Shown piece by piece: positions 22,116-31,800 of a stretch of DNA of 64,000 nt (positions within the stretch are counted from its first letter, which is position 1; each line of letters starts with the position of its first letter). Below the pieces are notes generated by a model. The model was given only the letters and a program-made list of their open reading frames with translations, made no database searches and was not told the origin of the DNA. Origin of the DNA: Candidatus Latescibacterota bacterium (GTDB taxonomy: Bacteria > Latescibacterota > UBA2968 > GCA-2709665); NCBI GenBank assembly GCA_965226795.1, contig CBDDDZ010000003.1:192001-256000 (forward strand), in the 5' to 3' direction. The position numbers and the translations under genes are program-made.

Positions 22116-23357
22116 CTATACGCGATTTCGATCGGCCACTTCCCGTACGATTTGCGCGGCGAGTTCGCAGTGTTCGGGTTCATAGCGTTCGCAGAACGAC
22201 GACCAGCGAACGAAGGATTCCAGGAAGCTCTGCGCATTGGGGCAGGTATCCCCGTTGTACGAATATTCCCTGGAAGCAGGTGGCATCGAATAGGGATGCT
22301 GCTTCTTTTCCGCCCTTTCAGTGAGAAATGGCAGGGCAGCGGGTAACAGGTAATAGCGACCCGTGCCCGCGCCTGAGATACCCCCATCCGCGACCTGTTG
22401 CGCAAACGCGTCCGGGGTACAGATAAACGCCTCTGGATCGACGCTGAAACCGGCCATCCAGCAGGAGTAGACGTTCATGTAATCAGGAATCGGAAGTGGG
22501 GTGATTCCGGGGATTTCCTCCAGTTTCCCGGTGAGCAGGCGGATCATCCGGTCGCGTTGTTCCACGTTGGGACGGATGATCTCAAGTTGCGCCAGGGAGA
22601 CGGCAGCGGTGCATTGCGGCATGCGGTGAGCGAATCCGGGCACAACGTGCTGCCGACCGAAGCCCGCGAGCACCTGACCCCCGCGGCTGTGGCCGATGAA
22701 GCGCATGCGCTCCGCCAGGTCGTCGTCGTCTGTAACCACGCAGCCGCCGATATCCGAACCCATGGTTTTTTCGGAGTCGAAAGAGAAGGCGCCGGCTGTG
22801 GATAGAGACCCGGCGAACCGCCCCTTGTATTCCCCGAAGACGGCCTGACAGGCGTCCTCGTAAACGATGAGACCGTGTTCGTGGGCGAGCTCGACGATGG
22901 GATCCATATCGCAGATTGTCCCGGTCATGTGCACGACGAGTATGGCGCGCGTGCGGTCCGTGATACAGGGTGCGATGGTCTCCGCACTGATGGCCAGGGT
23001 GCCTGCATCCGTGTCCGCGAAGACGGGGATATAGTCCTCTCTTATAAGGCCCTGCAGGGTGCCGTAGTCCGTAACCGAACTGACGATGATCTCATCACCG
23101 GGATCAAAGCCCAGCGCGCAGGCCAGAACGGCCAGAGCAGGCGTGCAGCCGGGCGTGGCAATGCAGTGTTTCACACCCATCTCTCCAGCGAATGTGTCTT
23201 CAAATCGCCCGATCATGGTGGATGTGAGACCGGAGTCGACCACCTCCTGGAGATAGGCCATTGCGTTGGGTCCGATGGTGCGTGGAAAGGGCTGGGGCAG
23301 CGTGCCGGCAAGCCCGGCGGCCGCATCCGCGCCGTATCTGGCCCGTTCTACGGTCAT
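22116..23357 (-). CDS. DegT/DnrJ/EryC1/StrS PLP-dependent aminotransferase
   Basis: PGDEIIV, VHMTGTICDM, EDACQA, FSFDSEKTMG (PLP lysine). Confidence 0.88.
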   Translation of the reverse strand: MTVERARYGADAAAGLAGTLPQPFPRTIGPNAMAYLQEVVDSGLTSTMIGRFEDTFAGEMGVKHCIATPGCTPALAVLACALGFDPGDEIIVSSVTDYGTLQGLIREDYIPVFADTDAGTLAISAETIAPCITDRTRAILVVHMTGTICDMDPIVELAHEHGLIVYEDACQAVFGEYKGRFAGSLSTAGAFSFDSEKTMGSDIGGCVVTDDDDLAERMRFIGHSRGGQVLAGFGRQHVVPGFAHRMPQCTAAVSLAQLEIIRPNVEQRDRMIRLLTGKLEEIPGITPLPIPDYMNVYSCWMAGFSVDPEAFICTPDAFAQQVADGGISGAGTGRYYLLPAALPFLTERAEKKQHPYSMPPASREYSYNGDTCPNAQSFLESFVRWSSFCERYEPEHCELAAQIVREVADRNRV

Positions 23358-23499
23358 GGTTCATCCTTTCTGGCAGTTCGCGTTGATTGGATCGGCCCCT
23401 CGACGACTTCTCCCCATAACCAGCCTCGCCCGGCATCACAGCTTTCAAGCGTTCCGCCGCGTCGAAACAGGAAAAAGGATTTCGGGTGATGCCGTGGTG

Positions 23500-24252
23500 C
23501 TACTTTTTCCCCTGTGCGGCGTACATTTCTTTGGAAAAGACATGGGGCTGTATTTCGCGGCTTGTGGCTTCAATCATGCCCTGGAGGAATTCGACGGTTT
23601 TCTGAATCGCGGCTTCAACCAGAATCTCGCCCAATGCTTCAGTGGCTTTCATAGGCTCCTGGACTTCCTGTGTCCGCATCACGTCGTGGCGAATGTTCTC
23701 CGGACAGATGACCATGGCCATGGCGGTTTCGTACTCGCCCGCGTGCCCGGGCACCCTGCTCGTGCAGTGCTGCTCGGCGATTTCACGACTCAGGTTCCAG
23801 TAGGAGTGGAACTGCACATTGGCTTCCGGCGCCGTCATCTGAAAGAAGAGTTGCCACTGCCGGAGGATGCCCATCATCGGGGCTTCGTTGCCACCGTGTC
23901 CATTGAGAATGAGCACGTTATTGATTCCATGGCGCACCAGGCTCTCCACGGCGTCGAAGAGTACCGACAGCCAGCTTCCGGGCTTGGCGGTGACGGTTCC
24001 CTTATGGATCATGTGATGTTCGGAGATGCCGACCGCCATCGGCACGTTCACGGCAACATTGGGGTACAGCCGTCTGGCGGCTTCCGTGGCCACGTGGGTC
24101 GCCGCCCGGATATCGTATTCCATGGCAAGGTGCTCAAGGTGCTGTTCATTGCTCCCCGTGGGAACGATGGCGGTTCCGAATTGACCGGCTTCCAGGGCTT
24201 CCCGGAATTCCTTGCGGGTGAATTTGGCCAGCGTGACTTCCTGATTGGACAT
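23500..24252 (-). CDS. creatininase/amidohydrolase family protein
   Basis: PTGSNEQH..HL...D, GISEHH, NGHGGN, HAGEYET. Confidence 0.88.
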   Translation of the reverse strand: MSNQEVTLAKFTRKEFREALEAGQFGTAIVPTGSNEQHLEHLAMEYDIRAATHVATEAARRLYPNVAVNVPMAVGISEHHMIHKGTVTAKPGSWLSVLFDAVESLVRHGINNVLILNGHGGNEAPMMGILRQWQLFFQMTAPEANVQFHSYWNLSREIAEQHCTSRVPGHAGEYETAMAMVICPENIRHDVMRTQEVQEPMKATEALGEILVEAAIQKTVEFLQGMIEATSREIQPHVFSKEMYAAQGKK

Positions 24253-24274
24253 ACCGATTCTCCTTTTGGGACCT

Positions 24275-24332
24275 AGTGTTCTGTCCCGGAAATAGATTGC
24301 CGAATGGTGACATATTTCTGGGACGGGACACT
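24275..24332. mobile_element. minimal MITE (58 bp) with ~20 bp terminal inverted repeats
   Basis: AGTGTTCTGTCCCGGAAATA ... TATTTCTGGGACGGGACACT; same ends as 28591-28803. Confidence 0.7.
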
Positions 24333-24450
24333 GACTTGGAATCTCTGTTCAGTGTGCTGGCGCGGGCGCACTGCCATAACGCGATTTGAAAAACGGGTCG
24401 GAATGGATCGCGAATGAAGCGTACGATGCAGCCGGGTTTCGGGATCGGGT

Positions 24451-25746
24451 TCAAACGCCTGTCTTAAGGCGGGCAAAACTGATGGTGTCGTCCAGTACAA
24501 TGAGGGCGAAGTACGTCGTGACATCGGTGCGGGACGGATCCAGTTTGGCGATTACCCGGCGGTACCAGGCCTGACGCTTTGCATCTTTCGGTCCGATGGT
24601 GCTGATTTGACGGTTGAAATCGCTGATCTCAGCGCTGGATTTGCCGTCGTTTTTATTGAGCCAGGCAAGTATCTCTTCGTCAGTACGGCCCGCCTTGAGG
24701 ACATCGGTAAAGTCGCCCATGGAAAACCCCATGAATTCCGCGATCTTCTTATCCAGGCCGGAATTCTCTGCATACTTGTAGCCGCCCAGCAACTGGTGGA
24801 TCGCCGCTCTGCCCTTGTCGATCATCCGGGCGAGGCCGAAGAGACCGCCCACGGAGGCATCGTAAGGGCTTCTCGGCGCATGGCGAGTCAGATCCACGAC
24901 GCCGAACGATGCCTCGTCATCCACGTCGAGCAGGTCGAACCACGTGACGATGTCGGTGCGTTCCGGCGCGGCGTTCGCCAGCGCCGCCTTGAAAATTGAG
25001 CATTCTTTTACGTTCTCCGGGCCTTTTTTGGAAATTCGATGGTTGAATTCGGAAATCTCACCCGAGTGTGCGCAAGTGTGTTCCCGAACCCAATCGCCGA
25101 GTTCCAGGTCGTTCGGATTGAGGTAGGCGGCTTCCTGAAAATCCTCCGCCGAAAAACCGAGAAAGTCGGTGATCGCCTGGTCGATGGGGCAGTTGTAGAT
25201 ATACTCGCCGGGCGTGCCGGCCCTGTCCGCGCGGGCTTTGTCCGCCATCCGCGCGAGGCCGAAGATCCCAGCGACGTCCCGGCGGTAGGGTGACCGTGGA
25301 GCTCGTTGCGTGAGGTCGGCGTCTCTGAAGCCCGCCCAGTCGTCCAATTCGATGGACTGGAATACGGTGACAATATCCGTTCGCCCCGGGGCGTATTTTT
25401 CAAGGCGATCCTTGAGACGCTGTTTGCCGGCCTCGTCGCCCGGCTCGCGCTTGAGATGATACTGATTGAATGCGTCGATCTCCTCGTCGGTACGATCGGA
25501 AACCTCCCGTACCCAGCGCCCGAGATCCGAATCGCCATAGCGTCCGGCGGCGTCGGCAAAGCCGTCGTGCGAGACGCCCAGAAAATCCAGCAGGATCTTG
25601 TCCAGGCCCGAGTCGTCGCCGTACAGAAATTCACCCAGCGTCCGCGCGTTGTATGCACGGGCTTTGTCCGCCATGCGCGCGAGGTTGACGATGCCGGCGA
25701 TGGAGACATTGGACGGACGGCGAGGAGGTTGGCGAATAAGGTCCAC
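24451..25746 (-). CDS. protein made of three tandem DUF5069-like domains
   Basis: Three repeats of PR.P....G...LARM.DKARA....G.Y.Y....D.....FLG....F. Confidence 0.75.
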   Translation of the reverse strand: MDLIRQPPRRPSNVSIAGIVNLARMADKARAYNARTLGEFLYGDDSGLDKILLDFLGVSHDGFADAAGRYGDSDLGRWVREVSDRTDEEIDAFNQYHLKREPGDEAGKQRLKDRLEKYAPGRTDIVTVFQSIELDDWAGFRDADLTQRAPRSPYRRDVAGIFGLARMADKARADRAGTPGEYIYNCPIDQAITDFLGFSAEDFQEAAYLNPNDLELGDWVREHTCAHSGEISEFNHRISKKGPENVKECSIFKAALANAAPERTDIVTWFDLLDVDDEASFGVVDLTRHAPRSPYDASVGGLFGLARMIDKGRAAIHQLLGGYKYAENSGLDKKIAEFMGFSMGDFTDVLKAGRTDEEILAWLNKNDGKSSAEISDFNRQISTIGPKDAKRQAWYRRVIAKLDPSRTDVTTYFALIVLDDTISFARLKTGV

Positions 25747-25803
25747 AGAACTTCCTTTCTATTCAAGACAGGATTTCTTTAAAATATCGTCTTGGATAAA
25801 TCG

Positions 25804-26058
25804 TTACACAGTATGCGCAATGGCTTCTGCTTCGATCTCCGCTCGGTCTACATCGTAACCTGCCGAACTCACATCTGCGATTGCCGAGAGAATGGTGGTT
25901 TCCAGGGAATCGCCCTCTCGGCAAAAATCAATTAAGAAAACTCCGTTGCACAATCCTGGCGATCCATCGTCACAACCGGCATGGAACAACTCGTCTGCAA
26001 TCTCTTCGGTCAATTCGAACTGACCCTTCAGTATCAAGGCAAACTCGTATTTGGCCAT
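25804..26058 (-). CDS. small acidic HicB-like putative antitoxin
   Basis: YEFALIL, ADELF.AGCDD, IDF.RE..SLE..I.SAI.DV..AG pattern of small TA-associated proteins. Confidence 0.55.
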   Translation of the reverse strand: MAKYEFALILKGQFELTEEIADELFHAGCDDGSPGLCNGVFLIDFCREGDSLETTILSAIADVSSAGYDVDRAEIEAEAIAHTV

Positions 26059-26100
26059 TGTGTTGACCCTTGCCAACTTTATCGCCTGAATCAGGTCGTT

Positions 26101-26181
26101 CGAGCACCGGTCAACGGGCCGGCGGTTTGCTCTGGCATGGTCTTCAGGATTCCTCGGCTTTGAGTAAACAGCCCTGACACA
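26101..26181 (-). pseudogene. C-terminal remnant of a HicA-like toxin
   Basis: CVRAVYSKPRNPEDHARANRRPVDRC resembles the S.PRNP..HA..I.R.V..C tail of these toxins; N-terminal half absent. Confidence 0.45.
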
Positions 26182-26195
26182 TCCGGTCCGATCCC

Positions 26196-26435
26196 TCAAC
26201 GGACAAAACAACCGGACCGTGGCAGAGGATGTGCTTCTTCGTGCTCGATCAACTCTTCGGCATAGGCCAATGCCGCTCTCAGGTCTTCGTCCGTGATAGC
26301 ATATTCCTTACAGACCTCGTCCGGATCAGATCCACCCGCGAGACTCCCGATTACTCTATGTACAGGTACTCTCGTTCCACTGATCACCGGTTTTCCATGA
26401 CGAATTGACGGATCAATAACAATGCGATCATTCAT
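26196..26435 (-). CDS. DUF433 family antitoxin-like protein
   Basis: RIVIDPSIRHGKPVISGTRVPV...EY.IT.ED.RAALAYA; GGAGG RBS. Confidence 0.88.
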   Translation of the reverse strand: MNDRIVIDPSIRHGKPVISGTRVPVHRVIGSLAGGSDPDEVCKEYAITDEDLRAALAYAEELIEHEEAHPLPRSGCFVR

Positions 26436-26489
26436 TATAGCGCCTCCTCCACTTCCGAGAAACATACGATACTCGCGCTGTTTTCCCGG

Positions 26490-26835
26490 CCCGGAAATTT
26501 GTCACCATTCTGCGGGCTGTTCATCCCGTCTCGCCGCGTTACATGCGCTGCTAGCGCTAAGCTTGTCGAGGCGAGCCGAACGAAACGTGGTCAATGCCTG
26601 TGCTGAGCTTGTCGAAATGTCCGCGTTTCGTAACCTGTTTGTCGCTCTTCAACGCCCTTCGCCGACCCTTCGACAAGCTCAGGGAGCGGCTCAGGTCGCA
26701 GGCCCCCTGCCAGCCGGACCGGCGGAGCCCGTTCGACGGTTTAATCACTCCCCCCTTGAGGGGGAAAGTCGCAGAAGCCGAGCCCGTCCCCTGAGCCTGT
26801 CGAAGGGCCGGCGACGGCTGATGCGGTGGGGGGAT
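26490..26835. repeat. cluster of palindromic repeats: MITE end, CTGAGCTTGTCGAA/TTCGACAAGCTCAG units and a CCCCCCTTGAGGGGG unit
   Basis: Units recur at 28591-28803, 49475-49623 and 60229-60603. Confidence 0.7.
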
Positions 26836-27049
26836 GTCAACCCTCCTCAATGGGGGCGTAATGCGTGATGTCTTGGCGGGGTAGGTAGTATGAACAAACA
26901 TGAACCCATTTTGCGTAGAAATTACACCGCAAGACCGCTATGCCTGTTTGAATGATCTGTCAAAAGTATGCAAACCCCCATGCAGTGTCAAGGGATCCGG
27001 CAAGTCACAACCCGGCCGACATCGACCCCGAGACTGCCGATGTTCGCGG

Positions 27050-27676
27050 CTACGTGTTCATACGGGTGAGCATATCGCGGTCGTTGAGGCAGGGGATGGA
27101 CCCGTCCAGAAAGGCCTGGAGGAGGTCGTCAGGGCTGAGGTCGGACGTATCGATTTCGAATTTGCGCATGATCCAGCAGGCGCCGTACTCCGCCTGGAAT
27201 TCATCCTGGATCTCCTGGATGTCCTCCCTGGGGACAATGTGATAGGTATGTCGGTCTTCCTCCATGCGTCTTTCAATGACATCGGCGCGGGCTTTGAGAT
27301 GGACCAGGATGGTGTCCGGCGGCATCTCGACTTCCCAGGCTCTCGGCGTTTCGGAAAGACGGCCGACAGTGGGGTAATAGTACCGGGGGCCGTAGATGTT
27401 TTCCTCGATGTGAAACCCGCCCAGCAGAATGTGTTCGTATTTGTTGATCAGCCGAACGTGGTAGGCAAGCTGGAAACGCTGGTAACGTTCCTTTATGGCT
27501 TCGGGAAGACCCAGCATGATTCGCTGGTCGCCTTCCGTTTTGAGCATCTGGCAGTCGGGAATGCTGAAGTGGTCGTCCAGGTGATGCACGATGCCCCGGT
27601 CGCGCCCCCACTGCATGAGGCCGTCGAAAAGGGTCGTTTTTCCGGTGTATTCACAGCCAATGGCGATGATGCGCAT
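27050..27676 (-). CDS. P-loop NTPase, nucleoside/nucleotide kinase-like
   Basis: N-terminal IIAIGCEYTGKTT Walker A; LVHLKA..DVI..R. Confidence 0.65.
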   Translation of the reverse strand: MRIIAIGCEYTGKTTLFDGLMQWGRDRGIVHHLDDHFSIPDCQMLKTEGDQRIMLGLPEAIKERYQRFQLAYHVRLINKYEHILLGGFHIEENIYGPRYYYPTVGRLSETPRAWEVEMPPDTILVHLKARADVIERRMEEDRHTYHIVPREDIQEIQDEFQAEYGACWIMRKFEIDTSDLSPDDLLQAFLDGSIPCLNDRDMLTRMNT

Positions 27677-27764
27677 GGTGATATCTCCTCAATGAAGTGA
27701 AAATACGGGAGTGACGACAAGCCAATGCCGGACTCGGTTGGAAAAACGTACGAAATGAACCGAA

Positions 27765-28514
27765 CTACAGGCCGACGGCCTGTATGAAGGCTCTTATGCG
27801 GTTGACATCGGTGAGATCATGTGAGAATTCCGGGAGGCGAAACTCTCCGCCCATAAAGGCGTTGGGGTTACGGTAGGTCATGCGGCTGGAGATGCTGCTC
27901 CGGGCGGCGACGTGGATTTCGCGGGCGCCGGTGCCGGCGGCGACCTTCGCGACATTGCGTTCGGTAATGCCGCCGCCGGGCATGACCACGATGCGGCCGT
28001 TTGCCCTCCTGATCAGATCCGAAATGAGGTCGACGCCATCGAGCGCGGAAATCTCCTGGCCCGACGTGAGCACCCGGTCCACGCCAAGCGCAATCAGGTC
28101 TTCCAGCGCCCGGTGGGGATCGGCGGCCATGTCGAAGGCACGGTGAAACGTGACCGAAAGCGGACGGATACGTTCGATGAGAGCGCCGGTACGCTCGGCG
28201 TCTATCGAGCCGTCCGGATTCAGGAGGCCGATCACGATCCCGTCCGCGCCCCATCCGGCGACCAGTTCGACATCCCTCAACATCGTTTCGAACTCCACAT
28301 CGGAATAACAGAAATCTCCTCCTCGCGGCCGGACGATGACGTTGAGACCAATGTCGATATGCTTGCGGGAAACATGAACGGCGCCCGCGCTGGGGGTCGT
28401 GCCGCCTTCGATCAGGTTGTCGCACAACTCCACACGATTTGCGCCGGCCTCCTGCGCGGAAATGGCGCCCTGCGCGGATCCCACACAGATTTCAAACAGT
28501 ACTGGCGGGTTCAA
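27765..28514 (-). CDS. cutC: copper homeostasis protein CutC
   Basis: EICV, GANRVELC.NL.EGGTTPS, RPRGGDF.Y, TFHRAFD, RVLTSG; TTG start with GGAGG RBS. Confidence 0.93.
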   Translation of the reverse strand: MNPPVLFEICVGSAQGAISAQEAGANRVELCDNLIEGGTTPSAGAVHVSRKHIDIGLNVIVRPRGGDFCYSDVEFETMLRDVELVAGWGADGIVIGLLNPDGSIDAERTGALIERIRPLSVTFHRAFDMAADPHRALEDLIALGVDRVLTSGQEISALDGVDLISDLIRRANGRIVVMPGGGITERNVAKVAAGTGAREIHVAARSSISSRMTYRNPNAFMGGEFRLPEFSHDLTDVNRIRAFIQAVGL

Positions 28515-28590
28515 TACGTACCTCCGTCCGTGATGTCGTCGATCCGCCGCAGTCCGGACAGGGGCCCGTTCGCCGGGGCCGGCAAGGGTG

Positions 28591-28803
28591 GTGTTCTGTC
28601 CCGGAAATAGGTTGCCTGAATTCGGCCGACGAGTCGCCCGTCTCGCAAGGCGCCTGAGCGCTGGCGACCTGCGTAAGGTCTGCGAGCGAAGGCACTTCGA
28701 CAAGCTCAGCGCAAGCAACGCAGCGAGACGGGATGAATCGGCCTGCCTGCTGAAGCATGCGAGGCAGGCGGGAGAATGGTGAAATATTTCCGGGACAGGA
28801 CAC
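28591..28803. mobile_element. MITE (213 bp) with terminal inverted repeats and internal palindromic cargo
   Basis: GTGTTCTGTCCCGGAAATA ... TATTTCCGGGACAGGACAC; internal TTCGACAAGCTCAG. Confidence 0.72.
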
Positions 28804-28809
28804 AAGGTC

Positions 28810-31800
28810 CTACGCGAGATACCCGAATTCCATTTCATCCATCCACAGGATCTGATCGGGTTCTCCTCCTCGATCGAACGCGATGGAGACGATTGTGTAG
28901 CCCGGTTGGACATCCAGTTCCGCCCGGTATTCGGTCCACGCCTGGCTGGGCCGGACCGGGACGACGAGATGGGTGTCCTGCTGGCCGGACACGGAAACGT
29001 GCGCATGGGTGGCCGAGCCCCTTGCTTTGAACCGCAGGTGGTAGCGTCCGGCGGTGCGAAGACGCATCGGTCGGCTCTTGAGCGAAATGGCGTCTCTGGG
29101 CCTTGTAAACTTGAGACAGGCGCCGCCTTCCACGGCATCCTCAGTGCTCCATGCCGGCCAGCCGGGATCGTGGGTACGGGGGTGTTGTACGTTCCAGTAG
29201 CGGGGAGGGTAATCCACGATACCGGCTTCAAAGCCGCCATTGCAGAGCAGGTTGATGAGTCTGCCCTTGTGACTCTCAACAAGGGATGCCCGGAGACGCG
29301 GTCGACCCGCCGGAGGATAGCGAACGAAGACTTCCGCGCCCTCTCTCAGGCAGGCGGTGGCGCAGCCTGTCCCGCGCACGCTCAAGTCCGGATCCCACCG
29401 GTCCTGCACGAGCAGCTCCGCGTCGTCCGCGGTGAGTTCATAGATGCCCGGCACGCGCGGCGCAATGTCGCCAAATGCAATCATGTCCCCGTTGTCCGCG
29501 ATGGCTGTCTGCAAACCCACTGTCTGCCGGCTCCCTTCAACCGTTAGTGTCAACTGAAGGGGTTTCGTGGGCGCCGCAAGATCCGCGACCGGGTCGATCC
29601 ACAGGACGGATTCGCCCGCGCCGCTCAACTTGACTTCGACCTTTCCGTCACGCCACGTGTAATCGATCGGCTTCGCGTTCTGAGGACGATCCGGTGGCGA
29701 TATCAACACGGATCCTGGCGCACGACGAATATGAACGGAGAGACGCACCTGCGTCTGGTGCCGCACGTGGATCTGCGCACCGGCGCTGCCCGGGATGTAG
29801 TTCGCGGCAGCGTCGCATTCCGCATCGGCGATCAGGAGAATCTCGCCATCCAGGCTGAGCCGGGTGCCGCCGTGGAGCAACCATCGATGAAGTCGATCCC
29901 CGCGGTGGCTGATATTGGCCACGCTGGCGTCGGTCTCGATACCCGCACCGGCAATTTTCCCGCCCCTCCGGGTCCGGAAAAGGACGTATTCGGATCCGTT
30001 TTCGCATTGAAACTGAACGGCTTCGGCGCCATCCGCATCGACCCGGCGGATGTCATTGACCCCCGCCCCCGCCGTTTTTCCGAAGGTATTTATCACGGAC
30101 AGAATTTTCGCACTGGCCCTTTTTTCTGTCGTGGCGCGGATGTTCCATTGCTGGGGGAAGGCTTCGGTGAAGCGGCACCAGTCGCGCGTCTTCAACGGAA
30201 ACGGACGGTCGTTGTTCTGGGCGTATTTCAGGGGCCGGTCCGTCAGATGCTGAACCAGAAGGCGCTTATCCCGCTGCCGGACGGTCATGGATTGACTGCT
30301 TTCATTTATATCCGCGCGTTCGAACGTGTTGAGCGTCCAGGTGTATTCCCGAGGTTCAGGCGCCTTCAGATCGTCAAAGATCACGAAAACGTCCGGTCGA
30401 ATGAAGAGGACGTGGCGGTGGAACTTCTGGAGCAGTTCCCCGTACGCGCCCGAGGCGTCTCCGGTGAAAAGGCAGGCGTCGGGTGTATTGAAAAAGGCCG
30501 TTATCTTTCCCTTGTGGGCAATGCCCCGGCATTGGCCTTCGCCGTTGACGAGGACAGAATTGTGCGCCTGTGTGGTTCGGCTCCATTGGGAATGGTAGGT
30601 ATCCCCGGAATAGGTGTAATACCCTGCATCGCAACAGAGGATCTCACCGCCCGCGTGGATGACGAATCCGTTCTGATCCTGGTGGGCGTGACTGTGATCG
30701 CCCCACGGGCTGCTTCGGAAGAAGATGCGGGTGCTTCCGTGGTCGTAGAACCGGTCGTACGCGGCGAGTTGGCCGACATCGGGAAACAGGCGGGCCTGCG
30801 CGATATCCACCGGCGGTCTGGACGGGACACCGCTGTCGGAGAGATACTGGAGCGGGAGATGGACCGGGTTGCATACCCGTGTATCGCTCCACCACTTGAC
30901 GGTGGGATCCCCGGTCATCGCGGCCAGAAAAGCGGAAACGTAGGTGTCGGCATCGCTGCCGAAGTTGGGGTCGATCAGGGAATAACAGTCCCCCCAGTGG
31001 TTCCACCAGTAATTGAGGGACATGCAGTACAACCAGAACGCGCCGGTATTCTGCCACCGGGGTTCGCGGAAGACGTCCAGACCCGTTGCGGTCTTGAGGG
31101 CGGCCAGGGCTTCCAGAATGAACTGCACTTTGTGGCCGTATTTCTGGCCTTCGGTGTATCCACCGTCGCTGCTTCCCCACGCGACCCGGTTGGCGTACTG
31201 GCGGATGAGGTAGTCGGCCCATTGCCGGGTCTGGACGGTTTCGGTGGCAACCGCCAGGACCGTGGTAAGCAGCGCATGCATGCACTGTTGACCGTGGGAA
31301 TTCTGATAATTCAGGTGGATCTGAACGCCTTCCCGGATCCACTTATAGGCCGCTTCGCAATGGAATACGATGTGTTCCAATACGCTTGCGCGTTCTTCAG
31401 GCTTCAGTAGGGTGTAGAGTCGATCGTAAGCAAGGGCCATACCCTTCAGCCCGAATTCGTAGCAGTAGACAACGGTATCGTGCTGCCCACGATCCTCGAG
31501 GTGGATGTCGACGCGGAAATTCGAGAGGAATGCCATCCAGCGCCGCGCGGCCTCGGCGTATTCTTCGTTGCCCGAGATCAGATACGCGAACGAGAGCGCA
31601 TTGACGTTGTCGGCGCCCTTCTTGAGTTCATTTATCTGGTAGTTGACGGGGAAGGCGAGACGGCCGCCGTTCAGATGAAAGACCAGACCGCGTTGTTCGC
31701 CCAGGTTGGTCGACACGGATTGCAGGTTCAATCCTGGAGGCTCGGTCTGCGTCAGGGTGTCGGCGCGGTATCTGAGGTGCTGCCAGGCTTCGATGCCGGG

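Noticed and set aside
28515..29282. N-terminal extension of the 505-aa ORF containing CutC
   Set aside because: It overlaps the lyase gene and runs through a MITE; a GGAGG RBS supports the TTG start at 28514.
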